A stretch of DNA of 58,072 bases from an uncultured Candidatus Actinomarina sp. (GTDB lineage Bacteria > Actinomycetota > Acidimicrobiia > Actinomarinales > Actinomarinaceae): the NCBI GenBank assembly GCA_902565645.1, contig CACFFJ010000005.1:1-58072 (forward strand), written 5' to 3'. Shown piece by piece: positions 10,806 to 21,039 of the stretch. Both the position numbers and the translations under genes were made by a program. How positions within the stretch are numbered: position 1 is the stretch's first letter; the number at the start of each line of letters is the position of its first letter. The notes below the pieces were generated by a model, which saw nothing but the letters and a program-made list of their open reading frames with translations, searched no databases and was not told where the DNA came from.

Positions 10806-11312
10806 TTACTCAGGTTCAATAATTTTTCTAGGCTGTCTTAAATTATTCTTTTCTGTTTCAATGTATTTATTAACTTGTTCAAATTTATTTAATATTTCGG
10901 TCAACTTTGAGTCAATTTGATCTTCAATATGTGCTCTGTTTGCTTGTGCTTCATCTTCTGCTTTTTTAACCATTGCATTAGCTTCAATTACGGCTTCTTG
11001 TAATACATAAGAATCAGAAATTAATCTTTGAGATTCAACTTTAGCTATATTTAATATTTCGTTAGCTTCTTCTCTGGCTCTGTTGAGATATGTATCTTGC
11101 TCCCTAACTAACCAACGAGCAGTTCTTAATTCAACTGGCATCAAATCAATTAAATTTTCAACAATATCAATAAGTTCTTTTTTGTTTGATCTAGTATTTA
11201 GAACATTTCTTGAATTTAATTTTTCTCTTAAAAGTTCTAATTTATCTACGTATTCAATTTTTTTTTCACCACTGATTATGTCGTCTAGATGAAAATTTTC
11301 TTCTTCAGACAT
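10806..11312 (-). CDS. conserved coiled-coil protein (DivIVA/ATP synthase B-like repeat) typical between coaD and DUF177
   Basis: MPVELRTARWLVREQD..AREEANEIL helical pattern; conserved synteny. Confidence 0.7.
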   Translation of the reverse strand: MSEEENFHLDDIISGEKKIEYVDKLELLREKLNSRNVLNTRSNKKELIDIVENLIDLMPVELRTARWLVREQDTYLNRAREEANEILNIAKVESQRLISDSYVLQEAVIEANAMVKKAEDEAQANRAHIEDQIDSKLTEILNKFEQVNKYIETEKNNLRQPRKIIEPE

Positions 11313-11769
11313 TTTTTAATCTTTCTAAAACATTATGAGGAACAAGTTCTTTAACGTCACCACCATAAGAATGTATCTCTTTCACCAATGAACTCGATAC
11401 ATAACCATACTCTGGAGATGATGGAATAAATATTGTTTCAAAATCAGCTAGATTAAAATTCATTTGTGCCATTTGTAATTCGTAATCAAAATCTGTCATA
11501 GCTCTTAAACCTTTGACTATTGCATTTACACTATTTTTTTTAGCAAAATCGACTAACAAACCTTCGAAACTTTTAATTGTAATTTTTTTATTATCTTGAA
11601 AGATCTCCTCTAGCATTTCTGATCTATTTTCTTTTGAAAATAGTGAATCTTTTGTTGGATTGATAATCACCCCCACTAAAACTTCATCAAATACCTTTGA
11701 GCATCTTGTGATAACATCAATATGCCCATTTGTCGGTGGGTCAAACGATCCTGGTACTAAAACTTTCAT
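11305..11769 (-). CDS. coaD: pantetheine-phosphate adenylyltransferase
   Basis: PGSFDPPTNGHID, KGLRAMTDFDYELQMA, VSSSLVKE. Confidence 0.97.
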   Translation of the reverse strand: MKVLVPGSFDPPTNGHIDVITRCSKVFDEVLVGVIINPTKDSLFSKENRSEMLEEIFQDNKKITIKSFEGLLVDFAKKNSVNAIVKGLRAMTDFDYELQMAQMNFNLADFETIFIPSSPEYGYVSSSLVKEIHSYGGDVKELVPHNVLERLKNV

Positions 11770-12302
11770 TTTTTTCTTAATATTAAAACTTTACTTTGTC
11801 CGTATTTCTTTTCTTTATATAATTCTACATCTTTAGGATAAACTGTCGATGGAGAATTTGAATGTCTATGAATAACAATAAAACCTTCCTCATCTAAGTT
11901 ATTTGATAATTGACTTATATCTTTATTTACAATTTCTGACTCGTAAGAAAAAGGTGGATCGTAAAATATTACATTAAATTTAGATTTATTTTGAATTAAG
12001 TAATTAGATACATTTAAATTTAAAACAGAATAGTTGTTATCAATATCTTTAAGATTGTATTTGATTTTATCAATACACTCTTTTGAGTTATCAATAAACG
12101 TTACGTAGTTAGCTCCCCTACTTAAAGCCTCAATTCCCATGCTTCCTGAACCAGCAAATAAATCTAAAACATCAGAATCTTTAAAACTAAATTGTAAAGA
12201 ATTAAAAATGCCTTCTCTCGCAATTCCCATCATTGGCCTTGTTGATGAGTCATTAATAGTTTGAATAGTTCTACCCTTGTATTTTCCAGATATAATTTTC
12301 AT
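11766..12302 (-). CDS. rsmD: 16S rRNA m2G966 methyltransferase
   Basis: MKIISGKYKGR, LDLFAGSGSMGIEALSRGA, DPPF. Confidence 0.94.
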   Translation of the reverse strand: MKIISGKYKGRTIQTINDSSTRPMMGIAREGIFNSLQFSFKDSDVLDLFAGSGSMGIEALSRGANYVTFIDNSKECIDKIKYNLKDIDNNYSVLNLNVSNYLIQNKSKFNVIFYDPPFSYESEIVNKDISQLSNNLDEEGFIVIHRHSNSPSTVYPKDVELYKEKKYGQSKVLILRKK

Positions 12303-14395
12303 GTTGTGTCTTCGACATCTTCAAAATTTGGAAATAAAATCTTAGCTTCATTTGATACTGCTTTTCCAATTTGATCTGAAATATTTTCAAAATACTCTTT
12401 AGATTTTTCCAAAATTTCGTAATCATAACGAAGATCAGCAATTTTTAAATCAGAGATTCCTGATTGACTTGTGCCTGTAACTTTACCTTCTCCTCTTATC
12501 TGTAAATCAATTTCGGCTAATTTAAATCCATCTAAGTTATCAACTATAGCCAATAACCTTTTTTTACCTTCATCTGTTATTGTTTCTAAATCTTTACCTT
12601 CTGTAATGTGGAAAACACATTCTGATTCTTTTTCTCCCCTGCCAACCCTGCCTCTCAATTGATGAAGTTGATTTAATCCAAATCTTTCGGCGCTTTCAAT
12701 TATCATTAATGTAGCATTTGGAATGTCAATCCCAACTTCTATTACAACTGTAGAAATTAATATCTGTGTTTCATTTTTATGCATTGACCTCATAACAGCT
12801 TCCTTCTCTTCTGAAGTCATTTTTCCATGAAGAATTTCTATACTATATTCGGGTAATTCTTTCTTATAGGCTTTATAGACATTTTCTGCTGCTTTAATGT
12901 CCAATGTCTCACTTTCTTCAATAAATGGACAAACAACAAATACTTGTGAATTATTTTTAATATGTTCTTCGCATAATTTATAAATCTTTTCATTATCTTC
13001 TTTGTATCCTTCATATAAAAATGATTTAACTGGTTTTCTTCCTGGCGGTAATTCATCAATTACTGATAAATCTAAATCGCCATATATTGCCAATGCAGTA
13101 GTTCTAGGTATAGGAGTTGCTGTCATAACAAGTTGATCAGGAGTTGTTTTAAGATCAGTGGTTAATTTTTTTCTTTGTTGAACGCCAAATCTTTGTTGCT
13201 CATCAATAATTGCAAGTCCCAAATTATTAAATTTTATATTTTCTTGTATTAATGCATGTGTGCCAATTATGAAAGCAGGGTCTCCACTGTTTATGGTGTT
13301 CATTATTTCTTTTCTTTCTTTAACTGATGAAGTAAGTAAGTGAACTTTAAAATCATCAAATAAAAGAATTTTGCTTAAAGAGTTGTAATGTTGCTCTGCA
13401 AGGACTTCTGTTGGTGCCATAAGTACGGCTTGGTATGAAGATAATATGGTTGCATAGATTGCTGCAGCAGCAACTATAGTTTTCCCTGAGCCAACATCAC
13501 CTTGTAGAAGTCTTTTCATTGGAGATTCCTCATTCATATCACTAAAAATTTCATTTATAACATCTTTTTGTGATTTAGTTAATTTAAAAGGTATTTTTTG
13601 TTCAAAATTAGTTAAAGTATCTTTTTTTAATTTATATTTGATACCACTTTGAGTTTTATTATATGAAATTTTATGTTCTTTAAAAATAGCTTGTAAATAT
13701 AGAAATTCGTCAAAAGCTAAACGATTTCTTGCATTTTCATAATCAGATAACTTCTCTGGAAAGTGAATATCATTATAACTTTTTGTTCTGTTGACAATTT
13801 TATAGCTAACAATGTCATCTTTATGTAAAAAATCTTCGAATTCTGGAATTCTTCTTAAAGATTCCTTTATTCCTTTTCTTATTATTGAGCTAGATAAACC
13901 ATCTATTTTTGGATAAATAGGTATTAATGAACCAGTTTCATTAAGTTCTTCTGGGTCAGAAAATTTTTCGATTGTAGGGTTTTTAAACTCAATTGAACCA
14001 GTTTTTTTAACATCTGGAATTCCAGATAACGCAACTGAATCCCCCGTCTTAAACCTAGTTTCAATATATTGAGGTCCAAACCATTTAGCCCTGATTGAAC
14101 CTGTTTCATCGTTTATAATCAAAGTAGCAATTCTTAATCTAGTTTTAGTTGTAAAAACTGATACATCTTTAACTTCTCCTAAAACAGTTATCTCTTTCTT
14201 TATTTCACTATTTATTGACTTAATTTTTGATACTTGTGATCTATCTATATGTTTTTTAGGAAAAAATCTAATTAAATCTGAAATACTATTTATTCCATAT
14301 TTTTTAAATGAAGATATCCTTTTTTCTCCAAAACCTTTTATTTCATTTAATGAAATATTTTTTAGATATTCTAAATTTCTTTCAACCACAATCAA
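12299..14395 (-). CDS. recG: ATP-dependent DNA helicase RecG
   Basis: RLLQGDVGSGKT, DEQQRFGV, MTATPIPR, QLHQLRGRVGRG; start TTG 14395 or GTG 14389. Confidence 0.96.
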   Translation of the reverse strand: MIVVERNLEYLKNISLNEIKGFGEKRISSFKKYGINSISDLIRFFPKKHIDRSQVSKIKSINSEIKKEITVLGEVKDVSVFTTKTRLRIATLIINDETGSIRAKWFGPQYIETRFKTGDSVALSGIPDVKKTGSIEFKNPTIEKFSDPEELNETGSLIPIYPKIDGLSSSIIRKGIKESLRRIPEFEDFLHKDDIVSYKIVNRTKSYNDIHFPEKLSDYENARNRLAFDEFLYLQAIFKEHKISYNKTQSGIKYKLKKDTLTNFEQKIPFKLTKSQKDVINEIFSDMNEESPMKRLLQGDVGSGKTIVAAAAIYATILSSYQAVLMAPTEVLAEQHYNSLSKILLFDDFKVHLLTSSVKERKEIMNTINSGDPAFIIGTHALIQENIKFNNLGLAIIDEQQRFGVQQRKKLTTDLKTTPDQLVMTATPIPRTTALAIYGDLDLSVIDELPPGRKPVKSFLYEGYKEDNEKIYKLCEEHIKNNSQVFVVCPFIEESETLDIKAAENVYKAYKKELPEYSIEILHGKMTSEEKEAVMRSMHKNETQILISTVVIEVGIDIPNATLMIIESAERFGLNQLHQLRGRVGRGEKESECVFHITEGKDLETITDEGKKRLLAIVDNLDGFKLAEIDLQIRGEGKVTGTSQSGISDLKIADLRYDYEILEKSKEYFENISDQIGKAVSNEAKILFPNFEDVEDTT

Positions 14396-14479
14396 ACAAT
14401 AGCTAAAAAGTTTTTAATTCAAAGTACCTAAATATTATTAGAATAGTTATAGTTATTTATATAAATTTAGAGGATAGTA

Positions 14480-14668
14480 ATGGCTAAAAAATGTGAAGTT
14501 TGCGGAAAAGGACCTTGGTTTGGTAAGCAAGTAACTTTTTCACACAAAAGATCAAGTAAAAAATGGTCTGCAAATATACAAACAGTTAAAGTAGCAGACA
14601 ATACAAACACCAAAAAAATTAAGGTTTGTACATCATGTTTAAAAGCTGGAAAAGTTACTAAAGTTTAA
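14480..14668 (+). CDS. rpmB: 50S ribosomal protein L28 (zinc-ribbon form)
   Basis: CEVCGK...SHK...VCTSCLK; GAGGA Shine-Dalgarno upstream. Confidence 0.96.
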   Translation: MAKKCEVCGKGPWFGKQVTFSHKRSSKKWSANIQTVKVADNTNTKKIKVCTSCLKAGKVTKV

Positions 14669-14884
14669 ATGGCTCAAGGTGTCGTAAAGTCATATGATCC
14701 TAATTCAGGAACTGGAATAGTTTTATTAGACACAGATAAAACAGAAGTATATTTACATCCTGGCTCATTAAAGGATTCGATATTTAGAACATTACGACAA
14801 GGACAAAGAATTAATTTTGATATCGAAAATATTGAAGGTAAAGATATTATTAAGAATGTAAAAATTGGTCAAGGCGAATATTAA
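14669..14884 (+). CDS. cold-shock-domain-like OB-fold protein (degenerate RNP1)
   Basis: MAQGVVKSY, FRTLRQGQRINFDI resembles CSD; abuts rpmB. Confidence 0.72.
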   Translation: MAQGVVKSYDPNSGTGIVLLDTDKTEVYLHPGSLKDSIFRTLRQGQRINFDIENIEGKDIIKNVKIGQGEY

Positions 14885-14887
14885 AAG

Positions 14888-15322
14888 TTGATTAAAACAT
14901 TAAATTTATATGTGAGATTTCTTTTTATTTATATTCATAATTATGTATATATATATTCAAAAGGAACTATTGGTAAAACTATTTTTGGAAGACCTTGTTT
15001 AATTTTGTTTAGTACTGGAGCAAAAACTGGTAAAGAAAGAAAAAATGTATTGGCTTATTTAAGAGAGAATAATTCATTTTGCATTGTTGGATCTAATGGT
15101 GGTCGTGAAAAAAATCCAGGATGGTATCACAACTTGAAAAAAAACCCAGATTGTGAATTCCAAATTGGAAGAAAGAAGTATTTAGGTAAAGCAATTCAGA
15201 TACACGATGATGAATATATAGAGTGGTGGAAAAAAATGGATCATATGAATGACGGAGGATATACATCATATCAAAAAAGGACTGAGAGAAAAATACCTTT
15301 AATTTTAATAAATATAACTTAG
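14888..15322 (+). CDS. deazaflavin (F420)-dependent nitroreductase family protein (Ddn-like)
   Basis: TGAKTGKER, GSNGG..NPGWYHNLKKNP, YQKRTERKIP. Confidence 0.88.
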   Translation: MIKTLNLYVRFLFIYIHNYVYIYSKGTIGKTIFGRPCLILFSTGAKTGKERKNVLAYLRENNSFCIVGSNGGREKNPGWYHNLKKNPDCEFQIGRKKYLGKAIQIHDDEYIEWWKKMDHMNDGGYTSYQKRTERKIPLILINIT

Positions 15323-15375
15323 TCTATTTTTGCGCCTAAGTCAGTTTTGTAATTTATTTTTGTTTTTCTTAATAA

Positions 15376-16011
15376 TTAAAGGCTCTCATTAACCTCTAAT
15401 ATAATTTCTGGTGTAATTTTTTTTACTATTAAATTTGCTTTAGATAATTGTTCTTCAGTAAATACTCCTCGATCAATGGCTATAACAAACTCTCCACTTT
15501 CTATACCCGCTTCTATACCAAAAGGACTATCTTCAATAATAATATTTTTACTTGTTTGTAATTTATTAATTGACTCTAAATAAATATCTGGATATGGTTT
15601 ATTTCTTTCTACCGAATCTCCTCCTATTACATGGTGAAAGTATTGATAAATTTCTGTATCCTTTAATTTGTTCTCAAGGTGCTGCTGAGGAGAAGCAGAA
15701 ACACATGCTTGCTTCCAATCATAATGAAAGAAATATTCTAAACATTCTAAGGCATCATCAAACATTGTCTTTTCACCAAAATTTTTTAAAATTATTTCTG
15801 ATAATAAATTCATAGTTTCATCAAATGAAGGCAAATCTACTTCAGATGAGAATTTTTTATGAACAATTTTATCATCCACACCTATATATTGATCAAAATG
15901 TTCAATAGGTAATTCTAAATTCTTAGACTGTAGTATTTCTTGCCATGCATAAGCAAAGGCTTTTTCTGTATCCATAAGTGTTCCATCACAGTCCCAGTAA
16001 ATGCCATTCAC
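15376..16011 (-). CDS. HAD-superfamily phosphatase (beta-PGM-like)
   Basis: WDCDGTLMDT, KPYPDIY, IEDSPFGI. Confidence 0.9.
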   Translation of the reverse strand: MNGIYWDCDGTLMDTEKAFAYAWQEILQSKNLELPIEHFDQYIGVDDKIVHKKFSSEVDLPSFDETMNLLSEIILKNFGEKTMFDDALECLEYFFHYDWKQACVSASPQQHLENKLKDTEIYQYFHHVIGGDSVERNKPYPDIYLESINKLQTSKNIIIEDSPFGIEAGIESGEFVIAIDRGVFTEEQLSKANLIVKKITPEIILEVNESL

Positions 16012-16014
16012 TTT

Positions 16015-17094
16015 CTATCCTAATTTTGATTGTATATCTTTTGCACTTTTCAGTGCTAGACCATCTGATCCTGTTGTTGTCCAAATTGTTAGATCATCGG
16101 AAAGAGCTTCATCAATAATATCATTCAATAATTCATACTTAGATTTGTCTATATTTTGCCATAGATACAATGCATGGCTACCAGGTATTGTATTAATTTC
16201 ATTTATATAGATATCATTACCATCTACTAAAAAGTCATATCTAAAAATTCCTCTTGTCGGAATAATTGAATTGATTTTCTCTACATATGAGATTATTTTT
16301 TTTGTTATTTCATTATTTAAGTTTGCAGGCAGTTCTCTTTGAGAACCTTCTAAACCCCCATTTTCTAAATATTTTTCTGAATATGAAAACAATGTTTCAT
16401 TTTTTATTGGTTTTTCTATTTCAGACAGAGATAAAGATGGATAATTTTTAACTCCAATTAATATATCTTCTGAATTTTCTAAATATTTCTCTACAACAGC
16501 ACCTTCAGTGTAAAGATCAGAAGATTCTACAATTTTTAATACAGATTCATAATCACTAACAACTTCTACACCGATTGATGATCCACCAAAACGTGGTTTC
16601 AAAATATAAGGACCTTTAAAAGATACATCTACTTCTCTATTTACTAAATCTTTATGAAGTACAGGAAGTCCATTTTCTTTCATGGTTGTGTAAAACACAT
16701 ATTTATCCATGCAAATTTGAGCAGAAATTACATTAGGACCGGTATATTTAACCTTTAAAATATTTAACAATGATTGTAAAGATCCATCCTCTCCTGGGCC
16801 TCCATGGCATGAATTTAAAAATACATCAAAATCAAGCTTTTTTTTCTTAAAATAAAACCCTGAATCACTATTAAATCTAAGTTCTATAGGCTTTTTAAGT
16901 ACTTTTTTATCTTCAAGAAAGTCTTTGGACTCTAATATTGAATCTAATAAGTACCATTTATTATCTTTTGACCAATAAAGAATACTTACTTTATTATCTT
17001 TTGAAAGAATTCGAGCACTTTGTAGCCCAGTAAGAATTGAGATATCATGCTCCGAAGAAGGTCCACCAATAATTACTGCTATATTTTTACTCAT
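16015..17094 (-). CDS. ddl: D-alanine--D-alanine ligase family protein
   Basis: GGPSSEHDIS, HGGPGEDG, KPRFGGSSIG, NEINTIPGS. Confidence 0.9.
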   Translation of the reverse strand: MSKNIAVIIGGPSSEHDISILTGLQSARILSKDNKVSILYWSKDNKWYLLDSILESKDFLEDKKVLKKPIELRFNSDSGFYFKKKKLDFDVFLNSCHGGPGEDGSLQSLLNILKVKYTGPNVISAQICMDKYVFYTTMKENGLPVLHKDLVNREVDVSFKGPYILKPRFGGSSIGVEVVSDYESVLKIVESSDLYTEGAVVEKYLENSEDILIGVKNYPSLSLSEIEKPIKNETLFSYSEKYLENGGLEGSQRELPANLNNEITKKIISYVEKINSIIPTRGIFRYDFLVDGNDIYINEINTIPGSHALYLWQNIDKSKYELLNDIIDEALSDDLTIWTTTGSDGLALKSAKDIQSKLG

Positions 17095-17097
17095 ATT

Positions 17098-18624
17098 TTA
17101 TGGATAATGGTCAGGTAAATCATTTTCAAATAATACAATATCATCTGATTCTACAATAGAATTTAAGAAAGCAACAGCTTCATCTCTATTGATAAACCAG
17201 TTAACTGGAGTATTATTCTCTTCAAATCCAGCTATTAAAGATCTTTTATTGGTATACCCAACAACTAAAGCTTGATCAACAATTATGCTTGCTTCAGTAG
17301 CAAATGCATAGTTTATTGAAAATTGATCACTACCTAATTCAATTAGTCCTGGGGTGATCAAATATCGTTTTGAATTCTTAGTTCCAAGTTCAGATAAAGT
17401 TTCAAGACTGTATTCTATAGCCATTGGGTTTGAATTAAATGAATTATCAATAATTGAATGTCCATAATCACTTTTAATAATATTTTGTCTGTGTTCTGTT
17501 TTATCTAATGAATTTAAATTCTTGAAATACTCTTTTACATTCAAATCTAGAGCAAGCAATACACCAACTGATAAAGAAATAGATAATTGTAATAATTTTG
17601 GCCCACTAACTGAATCAATAAATTTTCCTTCAATATAAATATCATGTTTGTTATTTTTATGTTCTACATAAACTGCTGCATCTTTACTAGTGATGGAGCA
17701 ATCATAAACATTTTTCTGATTAGTCCATAATCTAGCTTCGTTTAGTAAGAGATCATCGTCGCCATTAATAACAACAGAACCTGCCAATTCTACAATTTCT
17801 GATTTAGCATCTAAAATATTCTCAAGACTTTTCATGCGCTCTAAATGAACTGGAGCTATTCCAGTAATAACTGCAATGTGTGGTCTAACCCATGAACAAA
17901 TTTCTCTAATCTCTCCATTTGAATAAGTACCCATCTCAATAATTGCAACTTCATCTTCATTTTGAAAATTTTCATTAATAGCTTTGGCTATTCCTAATCT
18001 GTTGTTGTAGCTTTCAGGAGTTACAAATGTTTTATTTTTAACTTGAAGAATTTGATTTAATACATTCTTGGTAGTTGTTTTTGAATATGATCCAGTTATT
18101 CCCACAACAGGTAATGTCCTTGAATTTAATTTAAGTGATGCATCATTGACAAACACTTTAGAAATATTTTTTTCATATGATTGCAAAATTCTTAAACATT
18201 GGTCGTAAATAAAAAATGAAAATAAATTAATTATTAATGCAAAAATATAACCATATCCAAATAAATAAGAAACTAATGAAATTAATAGAACAATTGAATA
18301 ATACAGGTAGTTAACCCTTTTTAATCTTTCTGTAATAACAATTTCACCTGTTCGGCTTTTAAAGTTTATGCCTAAAGGTGAAAAAATCGTTAAGCAAACA
18401 ACTAACAAAGGTACATAATAAATCCATAAAGAGACGACAAATAAAATCAGTGAGATGAAAAACATAAATCTGTTTATAAATTTTGTTCTAATCCAACGAA
18501 AGTAAAATTTTGTGACTGAACCTGGAAGGTAGTGTTCTCTTTGAGCAAATCTTCCCCATTTAATTGAATTGAATAAAGTTCCTGCTGTAATAATCAACAA
18601 AATAATTAAATAGACAAAATTCAT
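17098..18624 (-). CDS. murF: MurF-like Mur ligase with N-terminal transmembrane region
   Basis: VGITGSYSKTTTK, SYNNRLG, IEMG, IDNSFNSNP, TPGLIELG; about 140 aa hydrophobic N-terminus. Confidence 0.85.
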   Translation of the reverse strand: MNFVYLIILLIITAGTLFNSIKWGRFAQREHYLPGSVTKFYFRWIRTKFINRFMFFISLILFVVSLWIYYVPLLVVCLTIFSPLGINFKSRTGEIVITERLKRVNYLYYSIVLLISLVSYLFGYGYIFALIINLFSFFIYDQCLRILQSYEKNISKVFVNDASLKLNSRTLPVVGITGSYSKTTTKNVLNQILQVKNKTFVTPESYNNRLGIAKAINENFQNEDEVAIIEMGTYSNGEIREICSWVRPHIAVITGIAPVHLERMKSLENILDAKSEIVELAGSVVINGDDDLLLNEARLWTNQKNVYDCSITSKDAAVYVEHKNNKHDIYIEGKFIDSVSGPKLLQLSISLSVGVLLALDLNVKEYFKNLNSLDKTEHRQNIIKSDYGHSIIDNSFNSNPMAIEYSLETLSELGTKNSKRYLITPGLIELGSDQFSINYAFATEASIIVDQALVVGYTNKRSLIAGFEENNTPVNWFINRDEAVAFLNSIVESDDIVLFENDLPDHYP

Positions 18625-19331
18625 ATTTCCTTCAATATTCTTATAATTTCTTCCGACCTGCTTCTTAACATATTATGGCCTTCATTCTTTATTACAGTTA
18701 TTCTAGATTCTTTAAATTTAGTATTAGCTTCTTTACCAATTGCCAAAGGTATGACATTATCGTTTTCTCCCCAAATTAAATGGACTTTTGTATTCACAAA
18801 TTCTAGTAACTGACTCAAATCATCATTAACTGTTTTAACAAGTGTATCTCTCATAATTCCATGTGCATTTTTATAATCTTCAGATCCATACTTGTTTTTA
18901 TATCTTTCTATACTTTTTTCAGAAATTAAATTCAAATTATTAAGAAATTTATATAATTTAAATTGAAAATTTTGATTATTTTTTGGATTCTTTCTGATTA
19001 AAGGAGCCCCGATTAAAACAAGATTTTTGTATTTTTTTATAAATGACATATGTACTGCTATTTTTCCACCAAATGAATGCCCAACTAAAACTTCTACCGT
19101 ATCAGGAATTAGTTGAGTTAAATAATCGGCATATTCTTTTGGATTCATACTATTTTCAGGTTCTTGAGATTTACCAAAACCAGGAAGATCAATAGAAATA
19201 CTATCAAATTTACTTGATATTAAATTAAAATCATTGCTTGATCTTCCCCATCCATGTAAAAAGCATACTGTTGGATTGTCTGAATTTACTTCAGCAAATG
19301 TTTTTCCATCATTTAGTACCTTTAAAGCCAT
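18621..19331 (-). CDS. alpha/beta fold hydrolase
   Basis: LHGWG, DLPGFG, GHSFGG nucleophile elbow, WGEND, GH. Confidence 0.9.
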   Translation of the reverse strand: MALKVLNDGKTFAEVNSDNPTVCFLHGWGRSSNDFNLISSKFDSISIDLPGFGKSQEPENSMNPKEYADYLTQLIPDTVEVLVGHSFGGKIAVHMSFIKKYKNLVLIGAPLIRKNPKNNQNFQFKLYKFLNNLNLISEKSIERYKNKYGSEDYKNAHGIMRDTLVKTVNDDLSQLLEFVNTKVHLIWGENDNVIPLAIGKEANTKFKESRITVIKNEGHNMLRSRSEEIIRILKEI

Positions 19332-19708
19332 TAATATAGCACCTCTCCAAGTGTTGTAATTGATCTAATAGTTAATCCCATTAAATAGAGTAGAGCAAGA
19401 CCCCAATATAAATAGAAGTTTTCTTTCATTTGATCTTTATAAATATATAAAAATGTCAATGTAAACAAGACAACAGCGACATAAAAAATATGGAATGTAC
19501 CTAAATTTTCGTTTGTTGAATATAAGTAAGCTGCCATTAATGCAGTTATTAATAATAAACTTATTGATAATCCAATAATATATTTAGCAACTATTTCTTT
19601 TCTAAATTTAATTTTGAAATGCATGATAAAAATTACTATTCCACTAATTCCACAACATATAGCACTATACATAAGTGTTGAAGAGTAGTAATCACTTATT
19701 GTTATCAT
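19331..19708 (-). CDS. hypothetical membrane protein (about 4 TM)
   Basis: four hydrophobic segments; 1-nt overlap with the downstream hydrolase. Confidence 0.7.
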   Translation of the reverse strand: MITISDYYSSTLMYSAICCGISGIVIFIMHFKIKFRKEIVAKYIIGLSISLLLITALMAAYLYSTNENLGTFHIFYVAVVLFTLTFLYIYKDQMKENFYLYWGLALLYLMGLTIRSITTLGEVLY

Positions 19709-19770
19709 ATATTTATTTTACTATCTATAGAATTGAGTATTAAATAATAATCAGTTACAGTGAATTGGTA

Positions 19771-21039
19771 ATGTCAAACAAAGATATAAATACAATAAAA
19801 GAAAATGTTCCAGCATCATGGACTTCATCAATGGACTCATTCATTGTAAAAGGCAAGAATGCTGAAATTTGGGACAGAGAAAACAATAGATATATAGATT
19901 ATGTTGGTGGTTATGCTGTTCTAAATACTGGTCATTTAAATCCAAGAGTAGTCAAAAGAGTTGAAGACCAACTAAAAAACTATTCACATTCTTGTTTTGC
20001 ATTTGCGCCACATGAAAATGCAGTCAAAGTTGCAAAAGAAATAAATGAGAGATATCCAATTAAAGAAAATACAAAAACTTTTTTAGTTAACAGTGGTGCA
20101 GAATCAATAGAAAATGCAACAAAGATTGCAAGATATTTCACCAAACGTAAAAATATAATAGCATTTAAAGGTGGATTCCACGGAAGAACATACCTAACGA
20201 TGGGATTGACAGGTAAAGATAATCCATACAAAACAGGTTTCGGTCCTTTCCCAGAATTTATACACCATGCAGAATATCCATATTTATACAGAGATGTTTC
20301 AGATGAAGTTGCAATTGACAGTGTTAATAAATTATTAGAAAATAATGTAAATCCTGATGATGTTGCTGCATTTGTAGTCGAAGTTCAACTTGGAGAAGGT
20401 GGATACATACCTGCTTCTAAACAATTTTTAGCTGAGCTGAGAAGAATCAGTAATGAGAAAGGCATCTTACTGATTTTTGATGAAGTCCAAACTGGTTTTG
20501 GTAGAACTGGAGAAATGTTTGGAGCAGACACTGTTAATGTTTCACCTGATATTGCAACACTCGCTAAAGGAATTGCTGGTGGTTTTCCACTAGCTGCAGT
20601 TGTAGGAAAATCTAATATTATGGATTCAATACATGAGTCAGGTATTGGAAGTACGTTTGGTGCTTCACCTATTTCATGTGCGGCAGCTTTAGGGGTGCTT
20701 GAAGTTTTTGATAAAGACGATTTAATAAAAAATACAAAACAACATGCTGAAATAATGAATAAATCATTAAAAGGTCTCATGGAAGAATCAACATTTATAG
20801 GAGATGTTAGAGGATATGGCACAATGATAGGTGTAGAAATTGTAGAGAATCAAGAAACAAAAATTCCAGCTAAAGATATTGCATTAAATATAATTGATAA
20901 TTGTAAAACAAACGGATTGCTTTTAGTTAATTGTGGATTAGAAGGAAATGTAATTAGATTTATGGGTCCATTAACAACACCAATTAATCAAGTAGAAGAG
21001 GCTCTTGAAATATTCAAAAATTCAGTAATTAATATTTAA
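19771..21039 (+). CDS. gabT: 4-aminobutyrate aminotransferase-like class III aminotransferase
   Basis: NSGAESIENA, FHGRT, PYKTGFGPF, DEVQTGFGRTG, AKGIAGGFPL; start ATG 19771 or TTG 19765. Confidence 0.85.
   Translation: MSNKDINTIKENVPASWTSSMDSFIVKGKNAEIWDRENNRYIDYVGGYAVLNTGHLNPRVVKRVEDQLKNYSHSCFAFAPHENAVKVAKEINERYPIKENTKTFLVNSGAESIENATKIARYFTKRKNIIAFKGGFHGRTYLTMGLTGKDNPYKTGFGPFPEFIHHAEYPYLYRDVSDEVAIDSVNKLLENNVNPDDVAAFVVEVQLGEGGYIPASKQFLAELRRISNEKGILLIFDEVQTGFGRTGEMFGADTVNVSPDIATLAKGIAGGFPLAAVVGKSNIMDSIHESGIGSTFGASPISCAAALGVLEVFDKDDLIKNTKQHAEIMNKSLKGLMEESTFIGDVRGYGTMIGVEIVENQETKIPAKDIALNIIDNCKTNGLLLVNCGLEGNVIRFMGPLTTPINQVEEALEIFKNSVINI

Noticed and set aside
16015-17094. Van-type glycopeptide resistance ligase
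   Set aside because: No vanH, vanX or vanRS nearby; specificity cannot be read reliably by eye
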